This document shows, piece after piece, positions 47,060 through 53,630 of a stretch of 53,630 bases of DNA. The DNA is from an uncultured Candidatus Saccharibacteria bacterium (GTDB lineage Bacteria > Patescibacteriota > Minisyncoccia > UBA6257 > GWB1-50-10). The notes beneath the pieces are model-generated. The model was given only the letters and a program-made list of their open reading frames with translations, had not been told where the DNA came from and ran no database searches. The stretch covers positions 1 to 53,630 of the forward strand of contig CAZMFA010000003.1 of the NCBI GenBank assembly GCA_964565515.1, read 5' to 3'. Numbering within the stretch: the stretch's first letter is position 1; every line of letters begins with the position of its first letter. Both the position numbers and the translations under genes were made by a program.

Positions 47060-49231
47060 ATGATGCCTCTCGAGGTGAAAACGATAGAAGTCGTCTTGGG
47101 GATTGCGGTATTTGCCGTTACGACGTTCATCGGTCTCGCCGTCTTTCTTAAAAATCCGAAAAGCTGGACGCATCGGTTTTTCTTGCTCATTGCCGCCTAC
47201 ATCGATATTTACGATATCTCGAATTTTTTATCACTCCATCCGCCGATCCCAACTCCCGGCGGCCAGCTTTTTTGGATACGGGTGGTGATGTTCTTCAGCG
47301 CGTTCCTCGGCCCCCTTTTGGTGTTTTTTACGGTCACCTTTCCCCGCGCGAAGTTCCAAATGAAGAAGCGGTATTCCATTCCGCTCATCCTTCTTATGGG
47401 GGCGACAGCCATCCTGTCTTTCACTCCTTTGATCTTTCAAGGCGTCCAGTATCCGAACGGTCAGCCGGTTCCCGTTCCGGGGCCGGGCATTTTCCTCTAT
47501 TTCATCGATTTCGTGGCGCTCATAGCCCTCAGTTCGGTTATCATGGTCAGAAAGTATCACCGGGCAACGGGCATCGAAAAAGCGGGGTGGGGTACCCTCT
47601 TGGTCGGCATGGCATTTTCCTTCTCCATTTTGGCCGTTCTGACGTTCGTCCTCGTGGTTTTTTTCAAGACGTCCGCAACGGTATTCTTGGGCCCGTCCTA
47701 TCTTTTTGTTCTCCTTGCCGCCATTGCGTACGCCATCAGCAGGTATCATCTGTTGGATATCAAGCCCATCATCGTTCGCATCGTTTCTTTCGTGGCACTC
47801 GTTATTCTCCTTGCCGCCGCGTATTCTCTTGCCCTCCTTTTGATTGCCGATCGTTTTATTCCCATCAATCTCAATCTTTTTATCGTATTTCTCATCCTTT
47901 TGGCCGTGACTGCTCTTTCTTTCGAGCCGCTTGAGCGCTTGATGCGGCACATAACGAACAAGATCTTTTTCGCCGGCTCCTACGATAGCAACGCCCTTCT
48001 TTCGGAGCTCACCTCTATCATGGCGGAGACGATCGATCTCGGGGCATTGACGGATCAAATATTGAAGAAGCTTATGGGGAGCATGAACATTTCCAAGGGG
48101 GCATTTCTCATCATGCGGGAACACGTTTTCGTGAATATCTTCGGGATCGGTTATGACAAGGGACTTTTGGCCGCTTCCGGACTCGAAGATCTTTTTCACG
48201 GGTTGTCTGATGTAGTGCCGTATTTTCTCTTCGATGACCTCGAGGAAGAGTCGTTGAAGCAGCTCTTCCGCTCATTCGATATTTCCGTCGCCATTCCCAT
48301 TCGCGTCGAAAAGCGCGAAGTCGCCCTTTTGGTGCTCGGCGAAAAGAAGTCGGGGGAAGTGTACTACAGCGAGGATTTGAAGTTCTTGAATACCTTTGCC
48401 TTGAGCGCCGGTGTCGCCATTGACAATGCGCAGTCGTATGCGGAAATCAAAGAATTCAACAAAGAGTTGGAAGGGCGGGTAGAGGAGCGTACGAAGGAGT
48501 TGAAGGAGATCGAAGAGCGCGAGCTTGCCGAAGCGAGAAACGTCTCCCGATTGAAAGACGAATTCGTGTTTGTTGCCGCACACGAACTTCGGACGCCCAT
48601 TGCGGCCATCAGAGGGTTCTTGCAGATGGTCTCGGAGACCAAGGTGAAATTCCCGAGGGACGTGAAACAAAATTTGAAGGCGATCAATTCGGCGAGCGAT
48701 ATTTTGAACCAGCTCATCAATGACCTCCTCGAGATCGCCCGCTCGGAGTCCGGTACCGTGAAGGTTTTCGTGCAGCCGACCGATATCATTCCGATCGTCC
48801 AGTCGGTCATCAAAGAAATGTCCTCGTTAGCCCGCAAACAGAAAGTCCGGGTAAGGTTCCAATCCCGTGGCAAGGTTCCGCGGGCGCTCGTTGATCCCGA
48901 TAAGGCAAGGGAAATCGTCATGAATTTGGTGAGCAACGGCATCAAGTACAATAAAGCCGGCGGAACGCTCACCGTCGACGTTTCGAAAAAAGGATTGAAT
49001 ATCGTGATGGAATTTAAGGATACCGGCTACGGCATTCCGAAGGATCAGCAGGAACACATCTTTCAAAAATTTTTCCGGGTTCACGGAAAAGACACCCAAG
49101 AAGTTTCGGGCACGGGGCTGGGACTTTTTATCGTCCGGATGCTCGCGGACAAGATGGGGGGCGCCGTGACGTTCAAATCTTCGGAAGGGAAGGGGAGTAC
49201 GTTTGCGGTTTCGTTCCGTCTCGAAAAATAG
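47060..49231 (+). CDS. Sensor histidine kinase (multi-TM N-terminus, GAF-like, HisKA, HATPase)
   Basis: ~8-9 TMs; LGEKKSGEVYYSEDL..L; HELRTP; NLVSNGIKY; DTGYGI; GTGLGL; extended -10 at 47047-47055. Confidence 0.95.
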   Translation: MMPLEVKTIEVVLGIAVFAVTTFIGLAVFLKNPKSWTHRFFLLIAAYIDIYDISNFLSLHPPIPTPGGQLFWIRVVMFFSAFLGPLLVFFTVTFPRAKFQMKKRYSIPLILLMGATAILSFTPLIFQGVQYPNGQPVPVPGPGIFLYFIDFVALIALSSVIMVRKYHRATGIEKAGWGTLLVGMAFSFSILAVLTFVLVVFFKTSATVFLGPSYLFVLLAAIAYAISRYHLLDIKPIIVRIVSFVALVILLAAAYSLALLLIADRFIPINLNLFIVFLILLAVTALSFEPLERLMRHITNKIFFAGSYDSNALLSELTSIMAETIDLGALTDQILKKLMGSMNISKGAFLIMREHVFVNIFGIGYDKGLLAASGLEDLFHGLSDVVPYFLFDDLEEESLKQLFRSFDISVAIPIRVEKREVALLVLGEKKSGEVYYSEDLKFLNTFALSAGVAIDNAQSYAEIKEFNKELEGRVEERTKELKEIEERELAEARNVSRLKDEFVFVAAHELRTPIAAIRGFLQMVSETKVKFPRDVKQNLKAINSASDILNQLINDLLEIARSESGTVKVFVQPTDIIPIVQSVIKEMSSLARKQKVRVRFQSRGKVPRALVDPDKAREIVMNLVSNGIKYNKAGGTLTVDVSKKGLNIVMEFKDTGYGIPKDQQEHIFQKFFRVHGKDTQEVSGTGLGLFIVRMLADKMGGAVTFKSSEGKGSTFAVSFRLEK

Positions 49232-49234
49232 CGA

Positions 49235-49780
49235 TCATCTATTGCGAAGGAAGTACCTTTGGGTATCGTACCCCCGCGTTTCTTCATCGTTTCTTGAAAG
49301 ACCGAGGCCTTCGAGCGTTTCGAACAATTCTTCCCGGACTTTGTCCGGATCGGCGTCTTCCGGCGCCAGTTTTTCGAGTTCGACGAAGGTGCCGAGCTCG
49401 TCCACTTCGTCAAGGCAGATTTCATACTCTTCGTATTTTCCCTCCTTCCGGTTCTTTTTAACTTCCACCTGGGGGACATATCCCATGAGGAGAAGCGCTT
49501 CATGAAGGGCGTTCGGATCACTTACTTCCGTCTCAAGCTCCGTGTTGTCCATTTCATTCGTTTGTTGCCTCTTCAAGGTGAAGAGGGAACGGTTGTTCTC
49601 CCGCCGTATCCGGACGATGATGTCGCCCTCTTTTGCCTCGCGCCATTCATTTTCGCTTCCGTGAAGAGAATAAATGACGTCCTCCTGGTGAACCTCGGTA
49701 AGCCGGCAGTTAGCGGCCGCAAGCCTCGCCTCCAGTTCTTTGAGGTTTTTTATCCTGAGCTTGATTTCTATTTCCCGCAT
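49235..49780 (-). CDS. CYTH-domain (class IV adenylate cyclase-like) protein
   Basis: EIEIK, QEDVIY, VRIR, TLK, ELET, K.R, LDEV..LG.FVELE, GY. Confidence 0.9.
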   Translation of the reverse strand: MREIEIKLRIKNLKELEARLAAANCRLTEVHQEDVIYSLHGSENEWREAKEGDIIVRIRRENNRSLFTLKRQQTNEMDNTELETEVSDPNALHEALLLMGYVPQVEVKKNRKEGKYEEYEICLDEVDELGTFVELEKLAPEDADPDKVREELFETLEGLGLSRNDEETRGYDTQRYFLRNR

Positions 49781-49781
49781 A

Positions 49782-50504
49782 TTATGAATTTTTTCTCCAT
49801 TTGATCTTTTTTATTTTCTCGAAAATGGGCTGATAGATGTCCTCTTTGATGTCGATGGAGAGTTCATTCCGGTCGACGGTCTTCTTGAATTCCACGGGCG
49901 CGCCAGTTATGAGGGCCAGGGGCTGCTGTTCTGCGCCTTCGCCCATGACAGCGACCGCGGCAGTCGCCAGGCTGTCCGCGAGATCGGTTCGCGAGACCTT
50001 GAGAATCCTGCCGAAGATATCCGGTTTTCCGCGGTAGTCCCGCGCGCCCGAGAAACCGCTCCACCCGAGAGCGACGCCCACGACGCCAGCCCGGAGCGGG
50101 AGAAGGCGGCTGTCGGTTATGATAACACCGAGATTTTTTATGCGGTGCCGTTTTATGAGCTCTTGCCTCAATTTTCGCGCCGTTGCGAAGCTGTCGCGGG
50201 GAAGAAGAATAATCTTCCCGTCGGCGTTCGATTCGTCGACGCCGGCCGAGGACATAACCATGCCGTCTTTGATGGTGAGCCAGGTATACTTGGTGCGCAT
50301 GGCGAATTCGCTTTCCGTTTGAATGAGGTCTTCCCGCGTGTGAGGGCTTTTTATTTCCCGGACATTTCCTTCGGAGAGGGAAACGATTTTCGATGTCACA
50401 ATGAGAATGGACTTATCATTCAGTTTTTTGACGTAGCGGTTGATGAACGGCAGGAGCAGTTCTCCTTCCTTGAATACGCGGGTTCGTATGGCTTTAATGA
50501 TCAT
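49782..50504 (-). CDS. CofE/FbiB-family gamma-glutamyl ligase
   Basis: VTSKIVS..EG, AGVDESN, GVIITDS..PLR.G..GVALG, DYRG..D.FGR.L, D.LA.AA..MGEG.E..P. Confidence 0.88.
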   Translation of the reverse strand: MIIKAIRTRVFKEGELLLPFINRYVKKLNDKSILIVTSKIVSLSEGNVREIKSPHTREDLIQTESEFAMRTKYTWLTIKDGMVMSSAGVDESNADGKIILLPRDSFATARKLRQELIKRHRIKNLGVIITDSRLLPLRAGVVGVALGWSGFSGARDYRGKPDIFGRILKVSRTDLADSLATAAVAVMGEGAEQQPLALITGAPVEFKKTVDRNELSIDIKEDIYQPIFEKIKKIKWRKNS

Positions 50505-50508
50505 TGGA

Positions 50509-51231
50509 TCAGATGTTGAGAATGACCGAAATGGGAAGATGATCCGAACCCTTCGAGTCGTAAACGGTGAATGAGTCGGTTCTCAGATCCTTTGAGGCAA
50601 AAATGTAATCGAGGCGGGTGTCGAGCTTCTGCGGTTTGCAGATCGGGCACCCTTCGGGATACACGCTCCAGGTCGGCTTGAGTTCCGTGTCGGTGTTTTT
50701 CATCGTTCCTCCGTTTATGATCGCGAGGCAGCCGCTTTCCGGCGTCGCGTTGAAATCTCCCATGAGGACGGCGTTTTCGACGGGCATGAGTTTCACAAGG
50801 CTCTTTGCCTGTTCGTCTTGGAGTTCCGATGGTTCCTGATGCGTGTGCTTGAGATGGGTCGAGTAGAAGTGGAGATCTCTGCCGCCTGCTCTGATAATAG
50901 CTTCGACGGCGAACCGCCCTTTTTCTTCGGACAGCTGATGCACGTCCGTTTTGGTTATCGGAAGTTTCGAGAGGATCGCGTTTCCCATGCGCACCATGCG
51001 GGGTTCGAGGAGGTGGTAGAGCCGGCCAGTATCCACTTCGTATGTCGGATAAAAGAACCATTCATACCCGAGTTTTTCCGCGATGGTTTTCGCGGTATTA
51101 TTCGTTCCGTCGAAATCCTCGATGACTTCCTGGAGGCCGATCACGTCCGGTTTTTCCCGTTCGATGAGTTCCAGTATTTCGGGGAGATGCTGTCCGCCCC
51201 AGATGTTCCACGATAAAACTTTAATATTCAT
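50509..51231 (-). CDS. Endonuclease/exonuclease/phosphatase-family protein
   Basis: SWNI, LQEV, GNAILS, THL, GDFN, LDYIF, SDHLP. Confidence 0.92.
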   Translation of the reverse strand: MNIKVLSWNIWGGQHLPEILELIEREKPDVIGLQEVIEDFDGTNNTAKTIAEKLGYEWFFYPTYEVDTGRLYHLLEPRMVRMGNAILSKLPITKTDVHQLSEEKGRFAVEAIIRAGGRDLHFYSTHLKHTHQEPSELQDEQAKSLVKLMPVENAVLMGDFNATPESGCLAIINGGTMKNTDTELKPTWSVYPEGCPICKPQKLDTRLDYIFASKDLRTDSFTVYDSKGSDHLPISVILNI

Positions 51232-51254
51232 GGTTTGTAGTATAATGAAAACCT

Positions 51255-51434
51255 ATGACTATTTCCATGAAGGATATCCTGCTCGCGGAGCTCGACCGCG
51301 AAGCGGCGGTAACCAAAACAATGCTCGAGCGCGTGCCGGATGGCACGTTTGACTGGAAGCCGCACGAAAAGTCGTCAACGCTCGGGAAGCTTGCCGCGCA
51401 CGTCGCGGGTCTGCCGCAGTTTATCGCGAATTAA
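51255..51434 (+). pseudogene. DinB/YfiT-family 5' fragment (59 aa)
   Basis: MTISMKDILLAELDREAAVTKTMLERVP..FDWKPHEKSSTLGKLAAHVA..* ends shortly after the first metal His; TATAAT at 51241. Confidence 0.7.
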
Positions 51435-51446
51435 TACAATTATTCA

Positions 51447-52025
51447 ATGACCGTTTTCAATTGGATCGCCGCCGCTTCGTGGCTCGCATTTCTCGGCTAT
51501 TGGACTGCTTCCGCGTTCAATGTGAAAAAAGACACGATGTCGCAGAAGTGGCGGAATGGCGCCTCGCTTCGCCTTGTGATTGTCTTAGTGCTTCTCGCTT
51601 TCGGATTCGTTCATCCGGCGGCCATCCGCGGGATTTTCAGTTCTCTTATTCGAGGCTCGTCGGGTATGGCGCTCCAGGCCGCCGGCGCGGCGCTTTCTGC
51701 GCTTGGCATCGCACTTGCCATCTGGGCGCGTTTCCATCTGGGAAGGAATTGGAGTTCCTATCCGTCGCTCAAGGAGAATCACGAACTCGTAACTTCCGGG
51801 CCGTACCGGTTGCTCCGCCATCCGATTTATACGGGCATCTTGACGGCGATTCTCGGAACGGTGTTCGTCTCCGGGCAGGCGGTGTGGCTCCTCGTTCTCA
51901 TCCTGGTTGGCATCCTGTTCGTCCGGCGGGTGTACGTCGAGGAGGGTATTATGACGCAAACATTTCCGGATGTGTACCCTACCTACAAAAAGCGGACAAA
52001 GGCCCTCATTCCCTTCGTTTGGTAA
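51447..52025 (+). CDS. Isoprenylcysteine carboxylmethyltransferase (Ste14/PEMT) family membrane protein
   Basis: WAR.HLG.NWS, LVTSGPY..RHPIY.G, EE..M...F...Y..Y. Confidence 0.9.
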   Translation: MTVFNWIAAASWLAFLGYWTASAFNVKKDTMSQKWRNGASLRLVIVLVLLAFGFVHPAAIRGIFSSLIRGSSGMALQAAGAALSALGIALAIWARFHLGRNWSSYPSLKENHELVTSGPYRLLRHPIYTGILTAILGTVFVSGQAVWLLVLILVGILFVRRVYVEEGIMTQTFPDVYPTYKKRTKALIPFVW

Positions 52026-52536
52026 TTTCTGCGAGTATTTCGCGGGCTATCTCTTCAGCGCTCATTTTTTCGGTTTGAAATTCTTTTCCGACAAAATACC
52101 GGTTTGCGCTCCACCTCCTGATGTTCCGGTGGATTCTCGATTGAGCGATTGGAATCCGTGCCGTCGTTTTTCTGCCCTTGATGCGTTTCAGGAGAACTGC
52201 TTTCGGTGCATTCAGGTGATAGACGAAGAGTTTGAACCCGTTTTTCTTCGCCATGGCCGCGAAGGGAGTAAGCGGCCGCGTCGTTCTCAAAAATCCTTGA
52301 GAGATCACGAGATTGATGCCTTGCCGCATGTATTCCTTGCACATCGCGATCAAGATTGCCCGGACGATGGCATTGTCCTTTTTGCTTCTCTTGAAATCGG
52401 ATATGAACCACTTGATCTTGTCCTCGTTTACCATCGCGGTTCGTTTCAATCTTTTTGCAAGGAGTTCTCCCACGGTGCTTTTCCCCGCGCCCATCGGGCC
52501 GTCCAGGATGACGATGAATTTCTTCGCTTTTCTCAT
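52006..52536 (-). CDS. P-loop nucleotide kinase-like (AAA_33-type) protein
   Basis: ILDGPMGAGKST, L.AP..VL.KRI..R. Confidence 0.8.
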   Translation of the reverse strand: MRKAKKFIVILDGPMGAGKSTVGELLAKRLKRTAMVNEDKIKWFISDFKRSKKDNAIVRAILIAMCKEYMRQGINLVISQGFLRTTRPLTPFAAMAKKNGFKLFVYHLNAPKAVLLKRIKGRKTTARIPIAQSRIHRNIRRWSANRYFVGKEFQTEKMSAEEIAREILAEITKRRE

Positions 52537-53147
52537 TGCGTCGCTATGCCGATGTTGTTCAAAGCTGATATTAGTTTTTCGTTGTTTTCGAAAAGGATTG
52601 GCGTATATCCGATCTCAGCGGCTTTTTCCAAGCTTTTCGGTGAGTCGTCGACGAAAACAGTTTCTTCCGCTTGAACGCCGAGTTTTTGGAAGGCAACATC
52701 GAAAGCTTCTTTGTGGGGTTTTTGAAATCCTATTTCTCCGGATATGACGATCTCGTCCACGAACTTGTCGACTCCTTTTTCTTCGAGGAATTTCCTCAGG
52801 TCCGATGTGTTGTTGCTTAAGATGGCGACTTTATATCCTTTCTGCCGCAGGACGGGAAATAATTTCAGAAGCTCTGTGTTTATGGCGCTCCTGCTCCGTC
52901 GTTCCCGTACCAGTTCCATGACGCGGTCTTCGGCGGCTTTGTTTTTATCGAAGACGCGGATCACTTCTTTTATCATGTCCTCCCACTTCATGTTGTGCAC
53001 GTTCGCGAGATGATTGCGTTCGAAGTAGGCCTTCCTGAAATCTTCGGGGGGAACGTGGAGGATGTCGGCGATTTCCTCCAGCATGCTTCCGCCTCCGTCC
53101 AGTTCAATGACGCCGCCAAAGTCGAATATCACTGCCTGGTATTTCAT
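52533..53147 (-). CDS. HAD-superfamily phosphatase
   Basis: IFDFGGVI, ILSN, S.EIG..KP, FVDD; start at ATG 53147. Confidence 0.9.
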   Translation of the reverse strand: MKYQAVIFDFGGVIELDGGGSMLEEIADILHVPPEDFRKAYFERNHLANVHNMKWEDMIKEVIRVFDKNKAAEDRVMELVRERRSRSAINTELLKLFPVLRQKGYKVAILSNNTSDLRKFLEEKGVDKFVDEIVISGEIGFQKPHKEAFDVAFQKLGVQAEETVFVDDSPKSLEKAAEIGYTPILFENNEKLISALNNIGIATQ

Positions 53148-53630
53148 ACGCGGATGCGGTTCTCCAGAGGATTCCTTTCTCGTTCCATTTGTTTCTTCCC
53201 GATGGTGAAGTAGTAAACGGCGGCGGCGATAAGGACGAAGGCAACGCTTCCCACAACGTCCGTAACGTGATGGACGCCGGCCGCGACGCGCGCAAGGCCT
53301 ACGAGAAGCGCGAGTCCCCAGAGTACCGCGCCGAGTTTTTTGTTGTAGAAGGTGACAATCATGGCAACAGCGGATACGAGGAGCATGTGGTCGGACGGGA
53401 AACCGTTGTCGGCGGCATGTTGAATGAGTGGTACGAAATGACCGACGACGAAAGGCCGGGCGTCGTAGTAAAGATGCGAGCCGATCTTTGCGAGGATGTA
53501 CGAAAGGGGAGCGACGATAATCCCGCACACAATGAGGCGTTTTTGGATTTTTCGGGGCTGCTTGAAGAAGAAGATCGCGGCGACGAGGAGAACGACGAGA
53601 TACAAGTACTCGGCGGTGTAAATAATAATG
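53144..53630 (-). CDS. PAP2-family undecaprenyl-diphosphatase (5' end lies outside the window)
   Basis: RPF, GFPSDH, ARVAAGVHH..D; frame open to the window edge. Confidence 0.85.
   Translation of the reverse strand, partial: IIIYTAEYLYLVVLLVAAIFFFKQPRKIQKRLIVCGIIVAPLSYILAKIGSHLYYDARPFVVGHFVPLIQHAADNGFPSDHMLLVSAVAMIVTFYNKKLGAVLWGLALLVGLARVAAGVHHVTDVVGSVAFVLIAAAVYYFTIGKKQMERERNPLENRIRV

Overview
A 53.6-kb chromosomal segment that reads in genetic code 11. Gene content and sequence style point to a Patescibacteria/Parcubacteria (CPR) genome (inference): rplK is terminated with no rplA, there is a prepilin-LamG protein, a VirD4-like ATPase, an ECF sigma with a DUF5667-like partner, and many apparently leaderless genes. 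The first ~32 kb is mostly housekeeping: tRNA-Tyr, tpiA, rodA, mltG, rpoBC, rpsF-ssb-rpsR, secE-nusG-rplK, tmk, nusB, rpmF, miaA, thrS, dnaE, rnhB, rnpB, tRNA-Thr, prfB and ftsEX. The rest is metabolic and accessory. The best candidate for a new system is 43191-49231: a translationally coupled operon encoding a ThiF/Rv1355c-type adenylase, a nitroreductase and an orphan with a LuxI/GNAT-like motif pattern, flanked by a multi-TM/GAF histidine kinase and a stand-alone receiver. It resembles oxazolone/tyrazolone (OxzAB, TyzABC) pathways and may be a make-and-sense chemical signalling module. Other notable items: two inverted-repeat elements at the start codons of ssb and rpsR with an ATGAA duplication; heptamer hairpin repeats that also appear inside coding sequences; a 196-nt rod-like ncRNA candidate beside rnpB; an RF2 lacking domain 1 whose ATG overlaps a tRNA CCA; a PanD lacking Arg54; a zwf-gnd fusion; and a pyruvate kinase lacking the C domain. 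All calls come from motif recognition by eye; no database search or folding program was run.
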